Positions 49,550 to 63,207 are shown, counted from the stretch's first letter. The stretch: DNA of 64,000 bases from Phoronis australis (GCA_002633005.1 NMRA01000287.1:329808-393807); one strand, 5' to 3'. Translations and numbers: made by a program. The notes: a model not told the origin generated them from the letters alone.

Positions 49550-52500
49550 TGAGCACCTCTGTGTTGGAGAATGTCTGGCTAATTTACATGTAGTTTACAA
49601 TAGCCAATGAAGCACAGTCGCATACTGAAAGCAAATTCATGTGACTCATTCCCGCGAAGCCACTTTTGATAAATGTTTCTTACACTGACCAGTACTTAGA
49701 ATAGTAAGCTTAATTGCACACGGATTCTGTTACAAATGTCTGAACCCTTGTTATAGGTCAAATTTTCAATAATAAATATAGAACAGTGTCTAATTAACAT
49801 TTCTTAACTCTTGTTTAAACCACCGAGGCAGCCTCTTACATGAACATTCGTATGTCATTCACGATTATTTCGTACCAAGGCATTTTCTGATTTCACTGCA
49901 TTCACAATTTTTCATGCAGTCTCACGGTCCTTGTGTACCATATAAAGATACCAAACCCAGTTTTGGCCTATTGATAGATATTAAAAACGACAACCCCATC
50001 CGATTCCTCTAAACAAAATAATGCTATATAACCCTACACGACCCCTAAAGTTAGGAGGGAAATTGAAGAGCTCCTTCAAAGTCTGATAAATTGACAATGG
50101 TCATCTACGTTTTTAACGAATAACCAGGCAACTGTGGAAAATGCTCATGCATCAGCAATAATAATAATAAACCGAATTTGTGACATAGTAAACATGTGTT
50201 ATGTTTGATTACCTGTCACCTGTGATTCCTTTTACAGGTGACAGAACAAGTGTTACATGAAATAGTCAAAACAGGGTTTAATGTCCTTTTAGTAACAATC
50301 TGTTACTGTACTAAAGATTTGGTGCTACGCATTGACGTTGTGTAAAGAAACAGGCCTCTGATACAATTGTCGGTTAATCATTTCAATTTTCCAGTTAGAC
50401 ATCCAGGATGTGAGTTATTGTGGACATCGAAACATTAGGAAGGTGTTAAAATGTAAAATATATTAGGTAATTCGTAGAGTGAAACTCATCTATTAATTCA
50501 GTTGAAACATCTAGGTGTCGCTGTAAAGCTTTTAGCCCTCCGACTACATATACTTTCGTTCCTTGTCATCTATTTTGCCTAAACTCCTTTCATAATTAAT
50601 GCTATCCAGGGAAACGCAGTGAATTGTGACAATCTTCGCCTTGACCATTCCATGGGCGTCTCTGAAATGATGCATAAAGTCGTTGTTTACAACGCAACAA
50701 ATATTCTAAGAACAGTTCCGCACAAAATCTTCCTTTACACACACGGTTACTTAGCAGACGTCACTCATCTTTTCTCAAACAACGACCATCACCTCCCGTT
50801 CAACACCCGGTCCGCCTGGCCAGCTCGGATAAGTTTTCCACCAGATACAACTATTAACTTTCCTGACTCCATGCTCTAAACCGTCCGTTTACGTGACTGT
50901 CGGCTGCCTCACCCTTGGCTTCTCAATTTGAAATGCACACTAGTGGTAATGTTAGAGACTCAATAGTAACGTACATGTACAAGATACGACTGGGCGCCTG
51001 TAATCGGGAATATACCATGTTTTACGGAATGACGCCCTCTTTAAAAGAATACAGCTTTGACTCCCTCAAACGGTCGAAATAGGGAAAGTCGACCGGTTTT
51101 CGTATCTTGGAATCTGCGGACATTGATCAAAGACACCATGCTGTTTTGTTAATTACATGTACAATGCCTCAGTATGCTGATCTTAATAGTTTATTTTTGC
51201 AAACTTTAGACGAGATTGCACTGAAGAATCTGCGGAATCCAATGGTTTGCGGACATGTAGTGCGTGGAAAGGAGGCAAAACGGATGTGTACCGATATGAC
51301 CAATCAAAGCAAGAATATCTGCTGATTCAACATTTGGACACTGGTGACGCAAGGTGATACGTCATTCCAATAGACGGTATCAAACGAAAATTATGAATGA
51401 GGTCAATCAAAGAAAAAGAATTACATGTAACCAGTCAAGATAGAGCCCGTCGTATTAAATATAAGATGTATATTCTTTCATAAAAAGATGAAATTTCATT
51501 GTCGTGCAGTGGGTCCATTCTTTTTACTTTAAATGGCAATCTAACTAATGTCATAACATGTTGATCATACCGAAAGTTAGTCAGTTGTATATTTCATTTC
51601 CTGTCTTTTGAATAGTTTTTAAGACATGGCTATTGTAGATCTATTGAAATCTTCGCGAGCAACGACGACCACTTTTTACTTGTGACAACAGACCAAACTT
51701 ACGACACAGAATTGGGATTTATATGGAGTGATAAAGGACGAACATGGCTTTACAGATATAACAAAGAAACGGGTAATTTAATTATCAAATATTTCGGGAA
51801 TTCACAAACAGTCACGCAGCATTTTTTCCTAACTCTTGTGTCAAAATGTACCAGGTTACTTAAAATGAAAAAAAAAACGTGTTGCAAAAGGAATAGAATC
51901 TTGCACGCCCATCCTAACAGTTAATTACTTGCTTTTTTGTAATTTGTAATGTTTCCACATGTGCATATCGCGTTGCCTTGGCGATGTGCATATGACTTCA
52001 TTTGTAGGCACATGTCACATAATGAGGTGTTGGCTCAGTATTTTTATTGGACTGCTTTAGGTACGTTTAGCCTGCATCAAAACCTCACTGTCTCAGGCAT
52101 CCAATCAAGTTGCTTTCACAGTACTAGCCATGGTGACCTTCTTTTGGGCCTGTCTCAACGCACCAATGGTGGCTCTCAATTTGACACCGCCACATGTTTC
52201 TACACGTGGTGTCCCTTGACGCAGAAGTTCATACGTTCTGTTGAGGTAAGATAATAAGACTGCGCACGTTTCCTACGGTTTTCATAGAATATATCGAGTC
52301 ATAACTATAAATGCCTGCTTAGCAAAATGATAAAAATGCCTCGTAATACTATGGGTGACTATAGCTAGTCAGGGTAACACTGGAAAATTCCAAAACCCGA
52401 TTTAGTTTCCGGTGGTATCTGAGAAATGTCTGATCGGCCTCAAATGAAACATTTAGTAAAATGGTAGATAACCTATTCTTAAACAATTTCCTTTTGTTCA

Positions 52501-54197
52501 TTTTTGCATGAGGAGAAAATTGCTAGTTTGGTGATACTGATGAAAAATCAAATGAGTAATAAGAAAAGACCAAAACGAATTCGCGATTGAGAATAGTGTA
52601 GTGATGTTTGAAATGTTTTGTCTTGAGTATTTTTAAACAGCAATTTTTCCATTGCACTGATTCCTTTGTTCATTGTTGCTTATTTTATTTACATAAAGTC
52701 ACTGGACGATTAGCATGACATTAATAATTAGATTAACACAACTCAGTATACTTGTGTTGGGTTTTCATCGTAGAAACTGTGCGGCAAAAGGCCCAAAATT
52801 CTCGTTAACATTAATTATGTTGGATTTTTGGCTTAAAAGAAAGGTAAAATCTCCGATTAAGTCAGTGAAACAGAGTGACAATTTTTTATTGCGTTTTGTG
52901 GGTTGCAAAACACAGAACTTTGCAGTGCACTTGTACATGTAAAGCTTTGCTTACTTGTAAACAGTTGACGTCTTGTATTGAAACGTAATGAATGGTTTGT
53001 AGACATTCGGGTGCGTCCGCGTAACATCATGTAGAAAGAAGTACAGCCAACAGTGCAGTGACTTTTTGAAGACTAAACACGGACGAAATGTAACAAAGTA
53101 TATGAGATAATTGCCGCGAAGCCGAGTACCGGATTTGGCGGCGGCAGGCCCTACGAATTATATACGCGATGGAAGCCGCAGGGAATGAATTTAAGCCGAC
53201 GGACTGAGTAAACTTTCCATTATGAATTATACATTACTTAACAATTCAAAATATGTACATCTGTCAGAAGTTGACTGTGGGACTGGTTTGCAAGCTTGGT
53301 TTACTTTGCGAGTGTGCGTGGATGGAGAGAGAATTATTAATTTATTATACGATAACCACGAATTAAGTCAAGTGAAACTTGTGGTTAATTACGTATCCTA
53401 AGAATGATCAAGAATAACTACACTAGCGCTCTCTGCAAGGGTAACTTTAATCAATTAACCATATACAGGTACAACCAAACATCTTATCTGCTATCCAAGT
53501 TGTAGGACTCAAAAATCGTTGGATGACAGCTGTGCGTGGCAATTTTCGCCGTACTAACACACACTGCTCCGCGCCGTACAATGTGCTTGGTAATCACGGT
53601 CCTTCCTGACGCAACACGAACTCTGTAGTATCCTTCTACGCACAAAACACCACATGTAAGATTGCCAAAATCTACGAAACTAACACGTGTAGGCAGGGTC
53701 TGGCTAATCACAGTTCATCTTGCTGGTCACGGTCCCTTGTGATGCAACATATATTGAATGTAGGTATTATAATACTGGCAACAATTCCTCTTGCTGGTCA
53801 CAAACTCTCGTTCGTGATTCAAAACGTATAGGCAGTGTCTTGGGCCTACCACCCACAATTCCTCAACAACATCTCTTATGATTACATAATCAATCGTTTT
53901 TCTGACAACATGGAAATGAAATTTTCGTCTTAACTACGAATGAACCCAATCCAACAAATTACTCATTATATATTAGAGAAACAAAAGCACCAAGCCATGA
54001 TTCAGCTAAGTGGCGCACAAACGCCGGGAAGGTCAGCAAGTCAGCGATCAAAAACCATCTTGACAGCAAAATTACAAAGTCGGGAAAAATAGTAGTTGGG
54101 GAATTTATTTTCAAGGGAATGCCAGTAGCACGTTTTCTTCAGTAGAAGGACATTTATGGGTCTTCTGAAGATGATTAGAATCAATATAATTTTGGTT

Positions 54198-56435
54198 GTG
54201 GTTGTTTTGAAGTTATGTGTCGCTAAAACCATTTTCGTTTAAGTGACACAAGTTTGGCCATTTTCGGCACGCAAAAATCAATGTCTGCAGTTTTCAATTA
54301 TATTGCATTCCTGCTCATGTAATGACACTTTATAATGATTATATTACAAACATTAATGTTGTATTTAAAACAGGCTTAATGACTCTTTGTTTAAGTGGAA
54401 TGTTTTGATAAAATTTTCTCCTCCGCAATGGATTTAAGGTCATTACATTGATAGTTTTAATGGCTCAAGTTATTGGATTTCTTCCAAGAGACATTGTCGT
54501 GTTATTCCCAACTTTATTTTGGTGTAACATTATTTCAGTAAAGAATATATGACATAAAATGACACAATATTACCAAAGGTTCGCTATGGCTTAAAAATTG
54601 ATAGTAGTTATGATTTCCACTCTGAAGTTAAAATCAATACATGTATTTGTTATTGAAGTTGCTACAATCTTTAATTTTACATCGACAGTTTTCCAGTACT
54701 GAAGGTAAACTTTCATTTAAATGAAATTAGTCCAATGACCTGCTGCAACAGTCTAATAGCGTATACACCGTGTCCTGAAACTACAAGGACAGACACGTCA
54801 CCCACAGTGATAAAAAGAACACAGCGACCATTTTTCTGTGAAACATTTGACCGTGCCATCAGTGTACATGTATTTGGTCGATTGTGTTATCAAATTGATT
54901 AATAAGTGGCTGTTTTCTTCAGAGCGCTCCGCTATACACCCAATCCAGCATTCCTTGCCATACATGAAAGCAGCGTACTTGATACGGTAGGCTGAAGGGT
55001 CTCATGAGCTCACCTACAAGTTCTTTATCAATAAAAGTTAAATGATCATCAACTAATACTTGTTTCATCTTATAATAAATGCATTCTTAGACAGTGGAAT
55101 TAAAAATGGCGAGACCTAGCGCCTTTGACAGATTTTCCATTACTGAACATGTTCTCAAGATCATAACCAATCCCAATTCATAAAATGTCATCTACTGAAA
55201 CAGCAGAGTTAAACGCCAGGAATATGAAGATGACGACTGATACATCCCTATTGGAGTGATACTGTGATAAGTTATCAAAGACTGGAGGCTTGCTCTGACA
55301 ATGAGACGTTTGTTGCTACCTTCTATCCCAATACGGGCTTTTTATGGGAAGTTCAGAAGAAATGCCACTCAGCGTCAAGCCCATAACCATTTTTGTGATA
55401 ACCCAAGTTAATAAATTACCTGCAGTTTTTGTATTGACTAGTTGCTCCATCACTAAGTACCTACGTTTGTTCACAAATGACAAAGTGTTCCTCATGTGTG
55501 AAAGAGACACTAATGTATGTGCAGAATAGTATGATGCTTCACACTTTCAGAATCAATATATGCAGCTAAGTCATTGAACTCTTCATTCTTATAATATGCC
55601 GCTAATGGATGAATGGGAATTGTTCAAAAGGCACCAATGAACAGCATCGCGGATGATATTTTTTTCTTCAAATACTAACTAAACAATTCCTTTGCAGCAT
55701 TCTGTTTCATTGTTTCATTTCAAGAGTATACTTGGACCTTGCATTGGAAACAAAATGTTGTCTCAGGGACTTAAAACAACCCCCACATTTCCGGAGAAAT
55801 TCTTCCACAGTTGTAAGTGAAAGTCGAAAGATGGTGGAAGAGTTCAGGTGCGCCCACCACTTATGAACTGTAAGCCATAACAAACTCTTTTAGTTTTGTT
55901 TGTCGCATTGTTATTCTACACTTTAAATCTATCTGTGTCAAAGTAAAGTTTGGAGTACCAGAAATCCAATAACTTTAGCCTGAAAATCATTACAACTACT
56001 ATGACATTGTCTTTAAATTCAGCAGGAAAATCATAACTACCATCAGTATTATGAAATTTAAGCCACAGCGAACTTGTTAACATCGTGTCATTTTGTAATA
56101 CCATCTCAAAAATTGCCTACGTCAAAAGTAAAGTTTGAAATAACATGACATTGTTTTTTAAGTAAATCCAATAACTTGAGCCTGACAGTCATTAAAAGTA
56201 TCAATGTAAAGACCTTAAACCCATTGCAGAGGAGAAACTATTATTAAAACTCTCTATTTGTGACTATGAACATGTTCTAAACACAAAATTATTTATTGTA
56301 ATGTATTCATTATATGAGAAGAAATTCAATATCATCGAAAACTGCAGACACTGATTTTCTGCGTGCTGAAAATGACCGAAAAATGACTTAATTAACTAAA
56401 CTGTTTTAGTGCCAAATAACTTTAGCACCGGCCAC
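54198..56435 (-). mobile_element. Sola2-type DNA transposon relic with ~500-bp TIRs
   Basis: 54198-54690 is an imperfect inverted repeat of 55915-56435 and encloses a transposase relic. Confidence 0.75.
55105..55690 (-). pseudogene. Sola2-like DDD transposase catalytic-core relic
   Basis: Minus-strand fragments IIRDAVH, IPIHPLAAYYKN, SDGATSQYKNCR*FINLGYHKNGYGLDAEWHFF*TSH and KRLIVRASLQ. Confidence 0.78.
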
Positions 56436-57694
56436 TAAAGTTTATTACTTTTCAAAGTTTACAGTTATATGGAGTATACTCTTGGCATTTAAAGTGCCTT
56501 AATTGCTTTTATTTAATATTCTGAGGCTAGTCAAATGTCAAATTCAGGATTCTCAATCACAATTATTTACCTTTGGGACCCCCTCAGTTCAGGTATCACA
56601 TTTGAAGGGTGAATTCTGGCGATAGAGTCTGGCAGGCCTGTTATGCTGTTAATCTATCCAGGCATTTTTAGTTCAATGCAATGCTTAGTTTTGAAGTCAG
56701 AAGATTTCAAATTCATAAAAATCACCGTTTCAACTCGAGTTTCAGTAATTTTTATTCAATTCTGAGATGTGACCCAACACCCTCTTGGTGATTTCATGTG
56801 GAATGATCCCATTCCATAAAAATAAAGAGACGTTTAAGGGCTCTATTATTTGTAAATATCCTAGATGCCGCATTCACGAGGATGGGTCATGTTTGATGAA
56901 GAAGGGGTCACTTACGGTTACTTTGCGTCCAGCGCCAGAGACGGGTTTAATAACGAGATGACTCAAGGCATACGAAAAAAGAACACCACGGAAATGGCAA
57001 AAGGTAAATATATTGCGTTAAGTGTATGCTCATTTGGTGAGATACTTATCATTATCTGGACGTCGTTACAGTATACATGTATCAGCTTAAGCGTGTGCAA
57101 TGGATTTCCGTAGAAATCTGGTCATCCTCTTTTCTAAAGGAATTTTAATGGACTGCAAAGAGTTTAAAACTCACTCACAGCTATTGGCTGACGATCTGTC
57201 ATCTTGTTCACTCTGTCATTCTAAACTAGGAGTCATTCGCAACTCGCTTCCGACAACAACTGCTAGTAATAATGATAAGATGAAACCTCTCCCAATGCCG
57301 CCTTGACGAACGTTATAAACATGAATGTTAGCCTTTATAATGTCGACAAACACAGTTTTCAAGGGATTGGAGGTCGAACTGCTTTCTCTGGACGGCATTA
57401 ATTTTATTGCGTTTTCATCGATGGCGTTAAAATAAATAAGTGATTCAGACAAGAATACATGTACCATGCCAAACAATGCATACATTATTCATATCAACAA
57501 GACAGGTTACCAAGCAACTATAGTTTGTCATAGGGAGATTGGTTGACAGTGTTCAGGTATTCACAATTCCACGAAAGCCCGATTTCACTAGTCTTGACAG
57601 AAGTACAAAAACTTATCGCTTTCCTCAACGCTTTATATCAGCGGTGCGAATTTCGTTAACCGTGTTTTATAATAAGTTTGCCTATGTTGCTTTG

Positions 57695-58898
57695 CAGTGG
57701 CGGATCTACGGGGGGGGGGGGNNNNNNNNNNNNNNNNNNNNNNNNNNNNNNNNNNNNNNNNNNNNNNNNNNNNNNNNNNNNNNNNNNNNNNNNNNNNNNN
57801 NNNGGGGGGGGGGGTTCACTCTGAAAATATATTTTTTGCATTGTGAATTGCTGTTATGAAAATCAGCGCGTTTCGAGTCTTCGTGGCTCATCGACAAAAC
57901 CCCGGAGATCAATTGTGCGCGCGCTTCCGACGACACTTCTGAAGTAGCCAAGCATTCTAGATGGATCCACCGCTGAAAGAGCAGCTCTATAGCTGATTTC
58001 TTTAGATAACTAGCTTCTTTACTCTAAGATATGTTTTGATTTGATTAGGGAAATACTGTGGTGCCCCAACCCTGATATTCAGGCGAATTGACGTGCAACG
58101 TTTTTACCTCANNNNNNNNNNNNNNNNNNNNNNNNNNNNNNNNNNNNNNNNNNNNNNNNNNNNNNNNNNNNNNNNNNNNNNNNNNNNNNNNNNNNNNNNN
58201 NNNNNNNNNNNNNNNNNNNNNNNNNNNNNNNTTTGACGTTTTTCAATTGTGGTCAACGTGATTCAGCTTAATGAAGTGATACCTAATTGTTTATTGTCGC
58301 TTTTAATAATATACTATGAGCTGAGAGCACCATCGTTTGCCAGTTTTTCTCATAATTAGACAGAACACATGTTTATTTCCAGACTAACAGTACAGGTCTT
58401 CGTTCTTAAACAACTTGAGGCTGCTGTTACGCGATCATCTGATATTCAATTTTTACTCCCCGTTGGGTGCTCCTTATGCTCTTGAATATTTGGTAGTTGT
58501 CTAACCCCCCACACACCACACTTTTTCTTATACGACTTTTCGTATGCTAAAAAGGTGTGTATAAGCAGATGTTCCAACAAAAATTTTTGCTGGTGGCGTG
58601 ATTCATGCCCAGATGTGCACAAATATGGTTTCACGAAACTTGTGAGCCACGTTCATGCGACGAAATCGAGAAGGGTTTTAAATTATCTTAAGAAAAACTC
58701 AAGAGACATGTTATTAGTGCCAGAAACTTACCAGGATGCATGGAAATTTCACTATTTGGCTACAAAAACAAAAAATGGTCTTACACGGAGGGGGGAAACC
58801 CCCCTCCCGACCTCCCCCCTCTCGGCGCCACGAGCCTCGGATTCGACCTTTGCGGGAATCCTAAACCCCCCCTTACTGAAAACGTAGATCCGCCCCTG
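57695..58898. mobile_element. MITE with 16-bp TIRs and 5-bp TSD (contains gaps 57722-57803 and 58112-58231)
   Basis: CTTTG|cagtggcggatctacg...cgtagatccgcccctg|CTTTG. Confidence 0.75.
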
Positions 58899-59802
58899 CT
58901 TTGTATTAATTCCTTGACGAGTTGCCACCCTACAGGTACTTTAGGTTTCAATTTTTGTTTACATTTTGAAGAGGTGAAACATCTGTACGCGAAATATCGA
59001 AATGTCCATTTGCAAAAATACGTACTGGGATGGTGAATCGGGAGGCAAAAATCGAAGCATTATAAATTTCGACAGCTTCAAATTTGTGATTACCAGTGGC
59101 GAACTAAGGGGGGGGGGGGGGGGGGGNCAAGGAGTCATGGACCCCAAAAATTCTCCCAAATTCCATTTCGCAATTTGGGGCTGCCAATGTGTGACGGGCC
59201 TGTTTGATTTGTGGACGGGGCCTCAATTAAAGGACACGGGTGACACATGTGAACGAAATCTGTCGGTAAATCAGAGGGAAGTGAAAACGGAGACAAACTG
59301 GCATCGTGATTGAAGTGTGGAGTTATTGACGTCCAGTGAAATGATGGCAACATCATACGTGTAGGCTGCGGCATCGGCCACCACCCTAGATACCAAAATA
59401 TTTGGACTGAGAACAAAAGGCTGAGTCGTTATTCTGTGTGCAACATTGACACGTGTCTGAATGGTAGCTGACCTCAGCAGTGTTTCAAGTTTCCATCATT
59501 CCAACACGGACGGCAGATGCATCCATTGAACCATAAACTAATATTGCCGGCAGATAATTACTTGTAATCTTATTATTTATCCCATACGCGTTGAATTTGT
59601 CGAAGGAAATACGTCCATGTAATAATGTTTTCCGTATTCACCTCCCGCACTGCTTCAACAGTGACCTCTGACATTAAAAATCGAAAGGTATGGCATTGTA
59701 AACTCGACGTCGTTAGACAGTTAGATCATCAAACTTTAGGAAAATAGTTTAATGTAATACAATTGTAACATGTTAGGTAACACACACTTTTAATTATATG
59801 AC

Positions 59803-60280
59803 AGTTCTCTCTCAGTTTTCATTTGCTAAATATTATATCGTCTGCAACTCAGGCGCCGATTCATCGGTAACTACATTATGAAACATTATTGCTATTTAAT
59901 TATGTTCAGGAGATGTTAAGAGTTCAGCGCAAAGTTACTGTTGTTTTCATCTTTGTTATCTCTTTTCAAGTAATAAATCGTTACATGTAAAGCGGTTTCT
60001 TTTACTAGAGAATACTTGCAGCCGAACGCACAAGTACACACATACAGGATGTGATCCGCCACGTGATCAGAGTGATGTAATTAAAAATTTCGGAAAAAAA
60101 TGAAAAGAGCTTGGGAATTCGAAGTGTATGGGATAAAAACAAAACGTACTTTGAATGGCGTACATGATGTAATATGCTAGGAGACATTATTCCGAGACCG
60201 AAGGTCGAGGTCGATACGCTGAATGATATCGAGAGGGATATTACTTCATGTACGCCACTCTCGGTACGATTTGTGTATGT
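59803..60280 (+). repeat. Dispersed hairpin-ended repeat family B, copy 3
   Basis: Terminal hairpin tggcgtacatgatgtaatat...ccgaaggtcgagg...atattacttcatgtacgcca (60156-60257). Colinear with 28725-29120. Confidence 0.7.
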
Positions 60281-60371
60281 AAGAACTTGATTCGTTTGCC
60301 GAGTGGTGACTTAGTACAATGCGATAATTCATGTCATTAAATGATTAAGGTTAAACCTTTCCATTTTTTAG

Positions 60372-60580
60372 AGAAAAGTGGAATTGCTGCTCTGGGAGTG
60401 GAAGATTACACAATTCCTCTCGCCAACTTCTACGCGACTTCCCAGCATATCAACTGTACACTAGCCTACATCCGGCTTCAATCATCACTCGCTTTGCGTT
60501 TTTTGAACAATTCCCAGGACAGTGATTACGTTCAAGTCGATCTAGGTCGTATATACTATGTCACAAAGACAGCAACGCAG
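60372..60580 (+). CDS. Exon encoding the N-terminal half of an F5/8 type C (discoidin) domain; probable exon 3 of the PAN-domain gene
   Basis: ttccattttttag|AG phase-1 acceptor. Encodes ALGVEDYTIPLANFYATSQH...IRL...DYVQVDLGRIYYVTKTATQ. Phase-0 donor CAG|gtgaga falls just before the G of the TQG motif. Confidence 0.82.
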
Positions 60581-61606
60581 GTGAGAATTGGGGCTTTCAG
60601 TAAACCAAGACTTTCGCGATAGACGTGTTGCCATGTTTGCACAAAATCATCAATTAAAATCATTCCCCGGACACCATCTGTTATGGTGACTTCCTGAATA
60701 TTCCTAGCTCGCAAACTCAAAGGAGTCCTTTTCGGGAAACTAGTTCAAAGCGTGATCCGTGCGCATCATGTACTAAATATTTACACGTGTACCCATGGTT
60801 CTTCCAGAGACATCATCAGTGCCACTGACGTGACTGCTCATTGATTAAACGCAAACACCGTGACGTCACAGCATCCACATCTTATGATTATTTTCTGAGA
60901 AACCGATAACATTCCTAACACAGATCTAAGACGCAGCAAAGTGTTTTTGTTTAGGAAATGAACTAAACAATGTGTGATCAAGTGAACAGATGCCCTTTAA
61001 TTCACTAACGCCTGAGTGAAACTGTGTCAGCTAGTGTTAAAGATGACCTCTAAGTAAATGATGATACACCGTATGATTTAAGTATTTTATAACTTTGATT
61101 CTGAACTCATCACCATGCATTCGTGGTTGTAGAGTTGCCATTAGAACTGTTTATTTAGGATTCAGCCCAAACATTGCTATATCTGGGAATCAGAAGTTGC
61201 TGTTTGTCACTTCTTGTTTTCTCCAACGCAGTGGAGAAGTTCAAGATCCCATGTTTGTTGCTTTAAGTTCTAAAGAACAGCTCAGGCATGTTGTCATCAT
61301 CATTAGACTGGGCTTGTCCAGGCTACCTAGCAACTAGCCTGAGTAAGCATTACACTCTGGCCGACAACTAGAAAACGTGGCCATTTGGTCAGATGTTTAA
61401 CATCATAAGCCGCAATTTGTTTTTTGCGAGTATTTTAAATTTCAAATTGTCTCAAGATTTTCTCATTTGCTATTATATTTAACCATTTTGTTAATTCGAT
61501 TACAGATCACTGATACCAATTGCACACTTTGCATCAACATGAATTCGAATATATTGTAGAAGCAAAGCTGTGCATTACACCGCGTGCATTCGGCACAGTC
61601 ATGAAT

Positions 61607-62473
61607 ATAGATTATTACATGGCGAAGTCGTTATCCCTCGTATTCTAGAGCCCGAGTAGATTTTGGAGAATTATCGCCCTGATGGGGCGTCAGCCTCGAG
61701 GGTGATAATTCTACAAAATCCACGAGGGCTCTAGAAAAGGGGGATAATGACTGAGAACATGTAATAATCTATTTATACCACATACTGAACGAGAAACATT
61801 GCAATGAATCGGTCTACCTTTCTACTTGCCTCGGCTTTGTAACTACTTTCTATGTAAGTGGCCCGGGGTCGCAGGTTGTGACCTTTTTAGAAAAGCCGAG
61901 CTATTTTTGTCAAATAATACTTTTACTCAAAACCAATTGAAAATTTAAACAAACTAGAACTAGAGTGAATCTATAAACTAAGATTTAGCAACTATTATAG
62001 CTTACTACACATTTTATCACGTCAATCCTCTACCGGGAAAATGTGGTCTGCTAAAGTAAGTTACTACTGGTAACTGAGCATAATACTCAGGCCAAAGAAT
62101 CCTGACGACGCGATATCTGCATTCAAATTGGATATCAGTGATTTACAAGTGAGAGAACATGAGGGATTTTTTTCTGAATTAAAATATCGTTTTTATGGAA
62201 AGTGTGTGTCTTATTTTTCATAGCTTATAAATATCGATACAATGCCCTTTGTTAAACATGCAATTGTTTCGTGTACACATTTAAGTATTCTATTTTCGTT
62301 CGATGACGTCATCCACTGAGTGGTGCAGTGGTAAAGTCGACGACTAGAAACTCTTGTAGACCGGGTTCAAATCCGGCCTCAGTTCCCGCCAAAGTATTAT
62401 CTCATTAGTGAGATAACTAAATGGGTTATTACACGCTTGTACTGGCTATTCGAGGCTAGTATTGTGGTATAAA
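61607..62473 (-). mobile_element. Family A hairpin-ended element, copy 2 (inverted)
   Basis: Reverse-complement match to 33318-34190, including the hairpin (61607-61772) and the tRNA-like cassette (~62315-62385, + strand). Confidence 0.88.
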
Positions 62474-62475
62474 AC

Positions 62476-63207
62476 TTTTTTCCACAATATTAGCGTCGAA
62501 TGGCAGATACAAAAGTGTAATACCCCATTTAGTTATCTAATTAGTTAGATACTACTTTAGCGGGAAACCGAGGTCGGTTTCGAACCCGAGCCTCAAGAGT
62601 TTAGAGTAGCCGACTTTACCATTACACCACTCAGCGGCTGACGTCATCGATACGCTATGGAAAGTAAGACGCATAATTTCCATAAAAATGAGATCTTAAT
62701 TCAGTGAAATTTTTCTCTCGTGTTCTTTCACTTGTAAATCAGCGATCTCCAGTTTGAATGGGGGTATCATGTTGTCGGGATCCTTTGACTGGCATTATAC
62801 TCAGTTACTATTGGTAACCTACTTTAGCAGACCATATTTTCCCGGTAGAAGCTTAGCGTGTTAAAATGTGTAGTAAGCTATAATAGTTGCTAAACCTTAA
62901 TTTACATATTAATTTTATTACTATTTTCTTTAAATTTTCAATTGGTTTTGAGTAAAAGCATTATTCGACAAAAAATAACTCGGCTTTTCTTAAAAGGTCA
63001 CCACCTCCGACCTCGGGCCTCTGACATAGAAAGTAGTTACAAAGCCGAGGCGAGTTGAGAAAGGTAGATCGATTCATTGCAGTATTTCTTGTTCAGTATG
63101 TGGTATAATTATCACCCTCGGGGCTAACGCCCCTCCGGCAATAATTCTCCAAAATCCACTCGGGCGCTAGATAACGGGGGATAACGACTTCGCCATGTAA
63201 TAATCTA
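62476..63207 (+). mobile_element. Family A hairpin-ended element, copy 3 (left hairpin arm partly deleted)
   Basis: Direct match to 33318-34190. tRNA-like cassette at ~62560-62637 on the - strand. Confidence 0.88.

Noticed and set aside
48314-49593. Cluster of overlapping ORFs in GC-rich DNA suggesting a gene or foreign insert
   Set aside because: Stop-codon scarcity is explained by GC-rich MITE subrepeats, and there is no protein motif.
57100-57485. Possible decayed LINE ORF2 fragment on the - strand
   Set aside because: The resemblance is only vague and no diagnostic RT motif could be read.
62560-62637. Amber suppressor tRNA (CTA anticodon)
   Set aside because: It is a degenerate cassette in a repeat copy and the anticodon stem does not pair.
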